This document shows, piece after piece, positions 13,801-26,200 of a DNA stretch of 64,000 nucleotides. How positions within the stretch are numbered: position 1 is the stretch's first letter; every line of letters starts with the position of its first letter. This DNA is from Marsupella aquatica (lineage: Eukaryota > Plantae > Marchantiophyta), in assembly GCA_973895155.1 (NCBI GenBank), contig OZ316897.1, forward strand, positions 22,853,455 to 22,917,454, written 5' to 3'. The translations under genes were made by a program, and so were the position numbers. Under the pieces are notes generated by a model that made no database searches, had not been told where the DNA came from, and worked only from the letters and a program-made list of their open reading frames with translations.

Positions 13801-15354
13801 ACCATATTTGGTCTTATCTCAAAATTAGTGTTTATCCATAATTAATGTGGGTAATCCTAATTTAAGAGTGGGGCAAATTTGAATGCAAAATAACATTAAA
13901 TGTGGTGGGTTTTTGGGCTAAGACTATTTAGGGTTGGAATTCTTGAACTACAGTAGAGCAATTCAAATTTGACTCATCCTACTCCGGATTTGTGCTGACA
14001 TTGTTTGGCAAGTAGAGTAGCCTTGTTGAGACTCTGTTCCCTATTAGCAGTTTAGGGTTTAACATCAAACACAGTCTCTTTACTCTCCAAATAGTGTTAT
14101 GCAAAAATACCTTTACACTCCAAATAGTGTTATGCAAAAACCGGAATTAGTATTACACTAATGTTATTTAATCTAGACACTGTTAGGGTAATTCTGTAAT
14201 TTAAATGAGCAATGTTTATTGAAGAGTAAGCCCCAAGAATTTGGTCTACACAAATAGTATTACCAAGAGTAATTGCAGTGAATAGTAAAGAAGCCTAGAC
14301 TGTTTGCCAATATGAGTAAGATTATGCCTAAGGGTGAAGCTGTGCAACAATTCCCAGGAATACTCATGCTATTTCAATTCAGCAGGCAGGAGATCACTGA
14401 TGGAGTCCAGGGGTGAGGATCTGCCCTGCAACAAAAAACTGAGTCAAAACCCATCCCCAAATCAAATTGGGCAGAGGCAATGATTTTTTAGTGGCAAAGT
14501 TTAGTCAAAATTTAACCCCCTTGAACTACTGGTGGAAGATACAAAGCAAATGGGGGGGGGGGCACAATTCCAGTTCACCACATTTTGACTAATTGGCAAT
14601 TGGATTTGCCAAAACTTTGAAGATTGAACTGCTTTCCTTAAGATCAGGAAAGATCTACTGACTTCCCATGATTTGCAAATAAATATGTTGGGAGTCCCAC
14701 ATATTTTCCCTCCCAGGCCCTTGAGGCATTGGCCAATTCATCTCCCTCACAAAACACATAAAACTGTTCACTGGGCATAGGGTAGATTAAGTAAAGATGA
14801 CGATTATATGGAGGGAGGTTGTCCATGCAGATAGCATAACCACTGTCGGGGTCTCTGTGGGAGGTGAGCAAAATGCCACATATAATTAGGTGTTCCATTT
14901 GTACTGACCTGTCCCGGCCCCCAAACTGACCAACATTAGTATATTGTTCACCGTAATTAGTGTGACTAACACTAATTTGAGAGTGCCAATTTTCAGGGTC
15001 TTCTTGAGAGTCAGTGTTAGTCACCAATTTTGTGCTAACACTATTTTTGCGTACATGACTTAGTGTTACTGTGGTCTCAAGAGAGGAAAAATAGAGCAAG
15101 GAAACTATTTTTGAGAAATACACAAGAATTAGTGTTACTTTGGACTCAAAATCATCCATTTTTTACTAGCAATTAAAACAAAAGTGAAAAATAACTACTC
15201 TGAAAAACTGACAAATATTAGTGTTACTTGGACTCAAAATCACTTGCTAATTCTTGCATAACACTAATTAAGGTGAGCAGTGTAGTTGCTCTCCAAAACT
15301 CATTTATTTATCATGTTCACCCCCACTTTTGCATATATAGCATTATAGCATGCT

Positions 15355-16314
15355 CATCCTGGAACATGCTTTATTTTTTGTCTTGTAGTGATATGAAAGT
15401 AAATAAAATATGAGAGCATAGAAATGCTGTTATATAAGTAAAGTGTCTGCCAAGAAAAGCACACTGACCAACAAAAGGTACAGTCAAACGATGCTACAAT
15501 GTGTGACATGAATGAGCCACTTAACTCAGGGTGCCGTATGAATGACACTCCTTTCAATAAAAACCATAAACCTAGGAAAGAAAAACATGAGAAGAACTTA
15601 AGAGGCTATGCATTCATGTTCTTCAGCATCATTTCTCTCATCATTTCTCTCACTCGTGGTGGTGGAGCCTTTGGTTTCATCTCTAAGAAAACACATACTA
15701 TGAAAGGGGGCTGCCAAAATAAGTTCAAAACACTCTAGAATACCTAAAACTAAAGGGGTCTAAAAACTAATTAAAAATGTATAGAATACAAAGACTGCCC
15801 CTTGATAAGGCACATTGAAATGAAAATACATGACACAAAAATCTGAATAAGACAAAATTTGAAATGTGCATGCACCAGCAGCTTCAAAAATTAGAACATC
15901 CTGGAACATGCTTGATTTTTGTCAAAGTTTTATGACACATGATGCTACAATTTATGCACTTAATTCAATCTGCCTTATGAATGACACTCATTTCAATCAA
16001 ACCCATAAACCTAGGAAAGAAAGATATGAGGGGAACTTAAGACAGTATGTGTCCATGTTATTCAGAATCATTTCTTTCACTCATGAGAATACTTTGGTCA
16101 AGTGGTGGAGCACTTGGTTTCATCTCTAAACGATCTCAAACCTTAAAAGTTATAAGGGGGCAGCCAAATTAAGTTCAAAATACTCTAGAATACCTAAAAT
16201 TAAAGGGGTCCAAATTCATGAAGAATGTATATGATACAAAGGCTGCCCCTTGATAAGGCACATTGAAATAAAAGATACATGACAAGAAAAATCTGAGTAA
16301 GACAAAATCTGAAA
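15355..16314. repeat. Direct tandem duplication (~15355-15864 and ~15896-16314); third partial copy ~19348-19415
   Basis: Shared blocks in the same order: catcctggaacatgctt, ccataaacctaggaaagaaa, ttggtttcatctctaa, actctagaatacctaaaa, ctgccccttgataaggcacattgaaat. The last block recurs as cccttgttaaggcacattgaaat near 19350. Confidence 0.88.
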
Positions 16315-17125
16315 GGCAGATTCACCATATAGCAGCATATGAGGTTTTCCTAATTTGTATAGGCAACCTGAGGTCATGGATCATTGGTCATATGCCACAT
16401 GGCGAGGTGTTGCTGGCTACCTACCCTTGGTAAAAATTCCCTAGACTTGCCCCTCCCTTCCCCCATCGCAAACGCAGGTTGCACAGGGCAATTCCGATGA
16501 CTTAAGGCTCCCCCCCCTGCGCAGGCCCCAACAAATGGGCCCGTTTGACATTGGGGGTCTTGAAACATGTGCCAAACATTTTTCTTAAGCCCATTTCTGC
16601 TCCAGAAAAACACACTGAATGTTTCCACATTTGATCTTGGCAACAGAATGACAATTTGCAAGTGTGTTCAACAACTGTGATCCTGGTCGTTTCGGGAGGG
16701 CTTGTGAGTGGGAAAGGGCAATGGCAAATATGGGAGGGCAGCAAAGGTGGGATGGTGATGGCGATAAAGTCTAGCAGTATAGTTGAGGAGTACTTGGCAT
16801 GTAGCTTGGTTTGGGCGATCTTGGATCTGCTTGAGCGTATTTGAGACTACTTGCATTTATGTGTGCATACATTGGATGCACATGGAGATGAAGACGGAGT
16901 GTGCAACCTGAAGCATTTGCACGATGAATTCCAGCGGATTGGACCTATTGGGTGAGCAGACAAATGTTAACACTTTGGCCGCAATGATGAAGGTGGACTT
17001 CACTAAGGCCTCCTTAGATGTGCAAGGGCTCAGGGTGCAAGGTGGCAGTAGAAATTGACAGAGGGGCACCACAAGCTTGGAATGTGGAGGGTTTTGTCTC
17101 AACGGAAAAACTGGAGCAGAACCAA

Positions 17126-17331
17126 CAATTCTAATGCAATTGAGCATGGGTTCTCAATCAGATATTTACAAGACATGGGATGAATGTGAGAAACAAGTGT
17201 CCGGATATAAAGACTGCAAGGTTATGTCTTTGGCAAAGACAATAGAGTACATGCAAACAAGGTTGACAGCAAGGTCTGCTGAGAATTCCATAGCTGATTC
17301 CATAGATGTAAACAATCTGAAATGCAGGTAG
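17126..17331 (+). pseudogene. Degenerate ORF with RNase H1 N-terminal hybrid-binding (Cauli_VI-like) domain
   Basis: Translation GSQSDIYKTWDECEKQVSGYKDCKVMS resembles the remembered family pattern G...GIY.TW.EC..QV.GY.GA.YKSF. The upstream FYAI motif is recoverable from ttctaatgcaatt (17129) with two 1-nt indels. Confidence 0.7.
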
Positions 17332-17979
17332 ATAAACTTTGATTGGACATTTGATGGTTCTTTGGACTGATGTAAATTTTGTGGTTAAGTTAAAAAAAAT
17401 TCCAGAGTGCGTTTGCTAGTTTAATTTCAGTATTTTTATTCCGTTGAAGAATGCATGCACCCCTACATGCACCGTTAGTGCCTTAGGTCATTCACCCTTA
17501 CAAGATTCAATTCCTTGAGACATAATTACAATTTTATTGCAAAAAGTGAAGAACTATCACCTGGTGTTTTATTGGCTGGTCAAAAGTGTCACAAAAGGCC
17601 TGTCTACAATCTCCACAAGTACCATTGCACATGTTTTCCATTCTGTCAAAACTGAAAGTAACAATGCTCATGTGTTCAGCTGAAGGCCTACTTGGCTCAC
17701 GAGTCTAGTCTTAAATTGCTGCCTGAGATCTATTGTAACTAGGTGTTGAGAGGAGCTGCCAATTTTGCAACTTTCTTGTGGTCCCCAACCAACTCTAGTG
17801 TGAGTGCAACCATCATTGTTGATGTATGCAAGGAAGGTAGAGTTATCAATATTCTCATTGTCACTTACCCACACATGATGGCTGTCACTCTCCTCCGCCT
17901 GATATTTCCCTGCAAGGTTCTTCACAACTATTAGATCCCCCATCATCATGAACCTGCACCCTACATGCTGCCAATGCTT

Positions 17980-20170
17980 CTCGGGTTGCCTCACGCTGAG
18001 GACACTTCTGCTTGTCATGCCCTCAGTCACCTCAGGCCACCACATATATACTCCACACTTTTGAGGCAGTCTCAAAACCTCATTTCATTATCAAATCTCA
18101 TCATCGCTCTCTCACTTGGATGCCATTTCCTCCATTTCTTCAATGGTGGTCCACAATTGGGATCTGATAGCAAGACACTCGTAAGTAAAATTGGCAGATC
18201 AACGAGCCTCATTTGTTTTTTCTGAATGTGTATGAGTTGTACAATGGGGAGAAATAATCATAATGTCTCTTGTATAGTCTTGTCGAGGCCTGTAAGGTAT
18301 GCAGGCATGCTATAAGAGTGTCTCAACCACAACTGCAAGACCATTGTGGTTTGAACTGGACTATGTACTTAATAATGTTCCATTAATCAACAATAATCAC
18401 CCCTAGTGGACTTGAAGTGTTTGCAGTAAGACTGAGTTGCTTCCTCCTCAACCTCTCAAATATGCCATTATCTTGGGAGGGAATGATTTTGTGATCCTTT
18501 CAGCCAATTCTATTTCAAAGAACTTCACCGTGATATAATCCCTATTTGGCAAGACTACCTTCCATTTGTAGTCAGCATATCTACTTGACTTCCAACATTA
18601 CTTTGCTATTGCCCTGGCTAGATCTTGGTGTAGGACATGGTGGCAATGAGCAAGCATTAACTTAAATGGCTCAATCTGGTCTCCATGTGTGGACTTCAGA
18701 CACACCTGTTTTCCAACCTATGCTATGTGGTATTTGATGTCAAAGTGGGCTTATGCTTGGGCTATATCTGTTAGGAATGTAAGTCTCTGGTTTGCCGGTT
18801 TAAAAAAAAAAACCCAATATGCGGTTTGCAAGCCTATCCAAGGGAGTGCATTCTCTGGTCTGTAGCTTCGCAAGAGTGGTTGAGGTATATTCGGGTGATG
18901 GTTATGGTTTTGATTCTAAATTTTTTGGATGCCCTTGGTGCAATTACAATGAAGACAGCCAGGAGATAAGAACTAAGAAGTGTTCTACCTAGATATTTTT
19001 CAAGAATTAATGAACAACATGATATAGCATATTGCATCCTCACTTACCTTAGGTAATGACAAATGATATATATAAATCATAAACTTCTAAAGGAAACAAA
19101 TGTAGGAGGAGAACTTAAAACATGGGGGTGTTCACATTTCTCCAAGGTAACATTTGTCTCTCCTTCACAAGAACAAACAATCTTTCTCCATTGACAGAAA
19201 TCTTGGCAAAAATCTAGTAAACTTTGCTAAATGGCTTGGGTGCACTTCATTGAAATCTTAATACAGTGGGAAGGAGAGAATGCAATAACAAAATTAAAAA
19301 TAGAGAGAGGTACCAAATAATGTAGAATCTAAATAATACAAGTGTTGGCCCTTGTTAAGGCACATTGAAATAAAAGTACATAGCAGAAAATCTTAATAAG
19401 ACCAAATACTGAAAGGTGGATTGGCCATAGTGCAGTGTAAGATAGCTAACTCCCCTTACAAAACCAGTTAAGGCTAGCCAAACCTTAACATTACGGCATA
19501 ATTTTTCATAAAATTATCAGAATAATTACATTAAGCACTTGCAAAATAAGCTTAAGAAAGCTCTCTGGATGTGACCATATAAAGTTTTCATTCATACAAT
19601 ACTCTCAGTGGAATTACTACACAAATCTTTATCTTTATAATATTAGCATCTTTCTCCCAAATTTGGGCTAATGATATTTTGAATGCCTGACTCACGAATT
19701 TAACAATTTTATGGCAATCTGTTTTACTGTAAGTTTGAAATTAACTCTAACACATCACCCAGCTGCCAAGCCACCGCGGGTGGCTCATAATGGATCTAGT
19801 ATTATGTAAATCTAGTGCAAAATGTAATATGCATCCATGTACCATCCTTCAGCCCAACAATATCAAGCATGCAAGTTACAAACCAAGGGTTATGAGCAGT
19901 GGTATTTGTTTTGTGTGGTCAGCGCCACCCAGGTTGTTCCTGCCTCTCCACTCATGGCAGTCCGAGCTTGGTTGCATCATCATTGACTCCCTAGCCTGCT
20001 CTCCCACCATTTCTTCCCCATCCCCACTCATGCTCCGATCCAGCATATGCACCTGGACTGCCCAACCTTGCATAGACTCCCCCCCTAACTCCTTTGTGTC
20101 GCCCAACCACTGGGCCTCACACTCCAACCTCCTTCAGTCCTTGCATGCTTCAACACCAGGGTGAGCATGG
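17980..20170 (-). mobile_element. Degraded Mutator-like (MULE) transposase remnant
   Basis: Minus-strand fragments in MULE order: DTKELGGESMQGWAVQ (~20060-20105); KKFRIKTITITRIYLNHSC (~18870-18925; N-terminal Zn-finger-like); SWIM-like WSCSCG*DTLIACLH...YDYFSPLYNSYTFRK (~18220-18345); PPLKKWRK then KCGV(C)GG...GHDKQKCP knuckle (~17998-18063). Many stops and frameshifts; no DDE core or TIRs recognised. Confidence 0.7.
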
Positions 20171-20699
20171 ACCATCCAATCATGCCTCCAAAAAGGAGAC
20201 TGGTGGAGAAAAAGGGAACTTGGGGGAAGGTGGGGAGAAGAATGGGAAGGAATGGGGAAATATTTTAGAGAGGATGCAGACCAAGCTGGTGCAGGCAAAG
20301 GGTGAATGTTTTTTCATGGGCCCATGCTGTTTATTTTCCTGGCTCTCTTCTTGGCCTACTCACTCACCTGACCTAGTCCCAATCTCCAAACTTCCTAAGC
20401 TTGCATGATGCATGGGCAGAGTATGATTGTGCAATTTATCATGCCAACAATTTTCCATGTCATTCAAAAACCTAATTTACTACCCGCCCTTCATGTCAAC
20501 AATCTTCAACAAGTAATACTAAAAATGTGGCAAGTTTGCAAAGCTAGTTTTCTACGAGCATATATGATCAACTCTCAACTTGATATTTTGTGATTTAACT
20601 TCTGTGTAAAAGGATTTGATCATAGCTAGAGGGTGGTTTAAACCCTGCTAGTTCTTCGCACAATCAACTCAACATACACGCAGTGTCACCTTCACCTAA

Positions 20700-21430
20700 A
20701 AAACAATAAAGGAGGGTGGTTCAAAAACTCTCCCAACTCAACAGTGCGAGGATGCTCAATAAGACATAGGATGAGATGAGTGGCTGGTGCGGTGTGAAAT
20801 GAAATTCCTTGATTGCGTTTGTGAAACAAGGAAGAAAGGTTGCAGCTATACCAACAGTGAGGGCAAGAACAGTGAGGGTGTCCATCTGCCTCACCACTCT
20901 TGGCTACCCATGTCTCCCTCAAAACAGAGATGGGATGGATTTGAATAGTATGCTTATGAGGTGTTTGGCCTTGATTAAATTTAGGGCTGCTTTACTAACT
21001 TGGGAAGAATTGTCTTCTTTTTTATCTAAGATGAAATTTGGACTGCTTGATGAGTGGAGACAATTCTAGTTGGCTCTGCAAGACTTCAGGGGCCATTGAG
21101 GTTGTGGTGTCTACCATCTTTATACATGGCAAACAATTGGCCAAAGTAAATGCTCATGTGGATTGGTTACTTTATCTCAAATTGTAGACCACTTTCAGAG
21201 GTGGTCCAAACACTTTCAAACTTTGGCGGCTTGATTGAAAGGATTTGCATTATTGATCAAAGTTCATTTAAAAAAGACTTCTGGTCTGGGGTCATCTTTA
21301 GGACAAGAAATGACCCTCCAATTTGCTTTTGTGAAAAAGTCACAAATGCCCCTGATTGAGAATTATTGATGGATAATTGTCTAAAACCAAACTCCCTCTT
21401 CTTGGCATACACGAGTGTCACATATCATGG
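20700..21430 (-). mobile_element. Possible LINE (L1-like) ORF2 fragment, highly degraded
   Basis: Frameshifted minus-strand pieces CMPR / FGFRQLSINN / KANWRVIS resemble the post-RT motif W..VCLPK.EGGLG.R.L...N....K..WR of plant LINEs. Confidence 0.35.
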
Positions 21431-21869
21431 GTGGGGGAGTGTAATGTACCGGTGGATTTTTTACCATTTCTACTCCTTGCTGCTATTCTCATAATCTTGT
21501 GCCTGGAAGTTTATAGCCTATGAACTTTCTTCCGGACAAAAATCACGCACAAGAGTAAATATCTGGGCTTGGGTTCTTGTCTATAACCCTGGTCCTAGCC
21601 TCTTTGAAATAGCTTCCCGGCGGCTCTAGTCAGCTTGTGGTCAGAGTCCGGACACTAGTTCAGCCTAGGAACTCCCCGCCCAGTATCCTATGCGTGTTGA
21701 GGATGTAAAATGGGGGAACAAGGATGGCGAGTGAGTCACTCTATCAGGTGAATTGGGAAGGCAAATTTATGAGCCATCATGGACCAAGGTTTGCTCTCAT
21801 AAAGGAATTCTTTGGGCCAAATTCTCTCTTATCAGAAAAGAAGAGAAAACGTGCAGTACAATAGTGTCA

Positions 21870-22825
21870 CACTGTCTGCATCATGGGCGAAGGAGTGCAA
21901 CGTAAAGACGATGACTGTAAAGCAGGCCTTGAATAACGACGGCAGTCACTGACGTAACACTCAAAACAGTGAATTCGGAAAACAAATACCCAATCATGGA
22001 CCAATTTGCTTTTACATCCCCATCAAATAATTCGCTGGGAAAGCAAACGTGGTGTGACATGTCACGGGCGGAGGAGTGTAGCGTAAAGGGGAAGACTGTA
22101 ACGCAGGACTTGAAATTTCGAAAAAGTGTCACTGAGATAACAGGTAACACTCCCTCCAGTGAATCGGATCAAGTTAAATCTTACACCCTCGTCAAATTGA
22201 TTGCTGGGAAAGCGAACGTGGTGTGACATGTCACGGGCGGGGGAGTGTAACGTAAAGGGGATGACTGTAAATAAGCACTGGAACACGACGGCAGTCACTG
22301 ATGTAACACTCAAAACAGTGAATCCGGAAACAAATACCCAATCATGGACCAAGTTTGCTTTTACATCCCCATCAAATAATTCTCCCGAAAAGCAAATAAT
22401 TCGCCTGGAAAGCAAACGTGGTGTGACATGTCACGGGCGGAGGAGTGTAGCGTAAAGGGGAAGACTGTAACGCAGGACTTGAAATTCGAAAAAGTGTCAC
22501 TGAGATAACAGGTAACACTCCCTCCAGTGAATCGGATCAAGTTTGCTTCTTACACCCGCGTCAAATTGATTGCTGGGAAAGCGAAGGTGGTGTGACATGT
22601 CACGGGCGGAGGAGTGTAACGTAAAGGGGATGACTGTAAAGGAGTACTGGAGCAACGACAAAGCGTCACTCAGGTGAAAACGTAACACACTCGATCCAGA
22701 GTGAATGATGAAGGACCGAGAAAGCTTTTGACACCCGTATCAATCAAATAATTGCCTGGGAACGAGAACGTGGTGTCACATGTCACGGGCGGCGGAGTGT
22801 AACGTGGCGAGGCGGAGTGTAAAGC
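21870..22825 (+). repeat. Higher-order tandem array (alternating A/B units of 169-200 bp) directly upstream of UAP
   Basis: Core gtggtgtgacatgtcacgggcgg.ggagtgta.cgtaaagggga has the palindrome GTGACATGTCAC at 22054, 22223, 22423 and 22592, a variant at 22775 and a degenerate copy at ~21880. Spacers alternate between two types. Confidence 0.93.
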
Positions 22826-22879
22826 GGGGCAGGAACAAGGACTGCGTCCGTGAGCGAACGAACGACGCAAGCGGCGGGA

Positions 22880-23282
22880 GGAGCGGGGATGAAGCAAGGA
22901 GGAGGAGGAAGAGGAAGAGGAAGACGAAGAGGAAGAGGAGGAAGAGGAGGAGGAGTGATGGAGGCAGAGGATTGTTTGGTTCGGTTGTTCGTCGGGGTCC
23001 GAAGAAGAGGAAAGGAAGGAGGAGTAAGGTGCTGTTGTAATGCAGTGCAGGCAGTTGTCATCCATTAGCCGGAGGATTCTGCGCTTTGTTCGATTGGTGG
23101 TGGTGGCGGAGAAGACGACGATGGAGGAGGTGTCGCTGTAGGAGCGCAGTTGTCATCCATTATCGTCGTGGATTTTGATGGTCGATGTTGTTGTTAGATG
23201 TTGGAGCGGGAGGAGCCGGTGTTATTGTTGTTGTTGAGGAGCAGCAGCAGCAGGAGGAGGAGGAGGAGGAGGAGGAGGAGGA
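22880..23282 (+). promoter_or_regulatory. Probable UAP 5' UTR with (GAG/GAA)n microsatellites
   Basis: Purine-rich gaggaa/gaggag runs at 22897-22955 and 23251-23281 lead to the ATG at 23289. Confidence 0.5.
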
Positions 23283-23288
23283 TTGGAA

Positions 23289-26200
23289 ATGGGAGGGGAG
23301 AATCATGAACAGAATGGTAACGGACAGCATGATGGGAGCAGCGCAGGATGGGGTGCTGGTGGAGGTCCTCCGCAGGAGTTGCTGGAGCGGCTGAAGGATT
23401 ATGGACAGGAGCAGACTCTCGCGGCGTGGGACGAGCTCACCCCGGATCAGCGGGATCTGATCGTCCAGGATCTCGAGGTATGGTTCGATTGACCGGTAGA
23501 TTCATCGATGGATTGATTGATTGATGGATGAATCTCTCGAGTGGCCACCCCCGGGTTTGCTGTCTAGCTTGAGGTGTTGATTTGATGGATGGAGCGTTGG
23601 TCGTTTGTTGTGCGCTCGGACTCGAAATGCTGCTAGCTGAAGTATTTCAGAGAACTCTGTGCTTGCTGTGGCATTTCAGTGAAGGCGTTTGGAAGTCTTT
23701 TAAAAGAATCTTGAACTGACCTTTAGATCGGCCTTCTCTCTGTTCTCTCCACGGAGGGATGGATCGCATGGATGGAGCGGGTTTGTGCTTGCGGTGCTCG
23801 TCGTCTTGCTTGTGTGGCTGTCTTTCGAAATGAAATGCTGCCTGTCTTATTGTTTGTTTAGCGGCTACAGTGATGCAAAAGCAGATTTCTACGGTTGCTC
23901 ACAGTTCCGGACATTAAATGCTAAATTCACGATATAAATCCTGGCTAGAAATTTTGAAACAAGAGCTTCGTATATCAGGGACAAAAAATGGGTCGGACTT
24001 TTTCTCCTTCAAATTTGTTCGCATACATCCTTACAGCTGTGCGTGCATGTAGCTTGGAGCAGTTCATGACTCTTTGTGAGGTTTAAGGAAGGTCTCTTCT
24101 CGGGACATTTAAGTGTGAAGCTGTGTTCATTGCGTTATCTGTTCTAAATTCTTCTATTGTGCAGTCGGTGGACCTGCCTCGGGTGACCAGAATTGTGAAG
24201 AAGTCGTTGCGGCCACGTTCTGGTATGAAATTTAAATAATTCTTTACTTTGCTGACTTCCACATGTGGAATGGTCTTGGACCCTGACTTGTCATTTTCAT
24301 TTTCTATTTAATTTTATAAAAGGAGGTAAAACTGTTGACTCAAGAGTTAGTTCAGTTGATTTCCTTAGTGTTCTGGGCACCCTCTTCTTTTGATATATCT
24401 TTGTGACGTATGTTTGAAGAGTACTACACGCTCGAACGGATTCGAGATGTAATTTAGTATCTAATAGGTACTCTGTTGGTTTGTGCGGGATATGCTGTGG
24501 CTCTAGGATGAGGACGTCTTCCTAGTTTGCTGGCTCTACTATTTGTTTCTGTTGGGATTAGTTTCTTGAATTGTGTCCTCAGAGACTGGGAATTGTTCCC
24601 TGCATGTGTATCGAACTTTTTGGCATCCCTATACTTCTGACCCAGTCTTATTTTTCAGAGAGAGCCGATCCCAAGCCCGTACCAGAATCAGATGTGGCCA
24701 CATTGGATCTCAGGTCGCAAGAGGACAGGGAACGATGGTGGGGAATGGGTCTGAAAGCAATTGCCGATGGAATGCTTGCTGTCTTACTTCTGTCTGGAGG
24801 ACAGGTATGCACTTCAAGACCCAATTTCGATAACGTGGTATTGATGAGTCGTAAGGAGCGGCACTCACAAACTGCGCTCTTTTGGAAGAGCGGTTAACAA
24901 TTCTTATTTGTCGAACAAAAAGTCTCGGTCCCTGAGTGCCCAACGTAGGTTTTGTATTTTATTCCCAACTCTCTTGGTATCACGGAAGAACAGCGAGCGA
25001 ATCTCTCACTTGAGTGGAAGCAGCCTCCTTTCAGCCGAAAACCCCGTCTGTGTACGAAGTTCCTAGTTACAGAAGGCTTCTTCTTGCCACGATCACTCTC
25101 TGTTGTGGAGACGTCCCGTAATTCGATTCAACTATGATTCGAAGCTTTTATACAACGCTTTTCATGTTCCCATGCTAGAGGGATTTTCTGAGATCACAGA
25201 GGTCAGCTTGGTCATTTTTATTTCATGTCTCAAGCTTTGGTCTGATTGTAGAAGGGTGGGCACATTGCCTGTTTATTATGAAGTGATTTGTCTGGTATTT
25301 ATGCTTCTGTGTGATGACGACGATGTGGGCAGGGTACTCGACTAGGCAGCTCGGAACCGAAGGGATGCTTCCGTAAGCTCTTTGCCCTCTAGAGTTCGCC
25401 TCAGGATTTCTATACCGCCTTTGATTTGGAATCTAATCGGGACATGCGAATGTTGCGAAACGATGAATGTCATTCCATGAGTGTTAAATAATTTAGCAGG
25501 ATGTAGAATCCGTTGCATTTTTTTGACTGTGATCGGCTTTTCGGATCTGGTCTTGCAGAGATTGGCCTACCGTCTGGGAAATCACTCTTCCAGCTGCAGG
25601 CTGAACGCATCCGAAGGGTTCAATATCTAGCTTCTCAATTAATGGCTGCGGGTACCGTCCTGCTTGATACCCGTCAAAGTTAGTTAGCATTCGGCTTGTT
25701 GCATTAGACTTGTTACCTGCTCATAAATCATTTGACTGTAGAATAAGAGTAGTTAACAAGCCTAGAAATTCTAAAGGCTATGGAGTATTTGAAAAGGACT
25801 GTACGCTCTTTGCAGGAAGAATGGTTAGGATTCCTTGGTATATAATGACAAGTCCTTTCACCGATTCAGCCACTCGGACGTTTTTTGCCAACAAGAAGAA
25901 CTTCGGGTTGGATTCAGATCAGGTATGCGAAATTTTATTCTAAATGGTTTTTGAATTTCTCGTTCAATAATGTAATATTACGTTGGAGTGCTGATTCCCT
26001 ATGTTATCCACCAAATGTCCTTATTCTTCCGGTTAGCCGGACAACGTATAGCCTGTCTCAAGTTTTGATGTCTCTCAGGTTATATTTTTTGAGCAAGGAT
26101 CCTTACCGTGTATTTCTAAGGATGGAAAGTTCATCATGGCAAGTCCTTTCAAGGTATGTAATTCAATCTACGTTCAAGTGATGCCATTGTGGAGATCAAG

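Noticed and set aside
14644-15159. 171-aa minus-strand ORF
   Set aside because: Overlaps a motif-repeat region and shows no recognisable domain.
21870-22825. CRISPR-like repeat-spacer appearance
   Set aside because: Spacers are over 120 bp and themselves repeat (A/B alternation); eukaryotic context and no cas genes.
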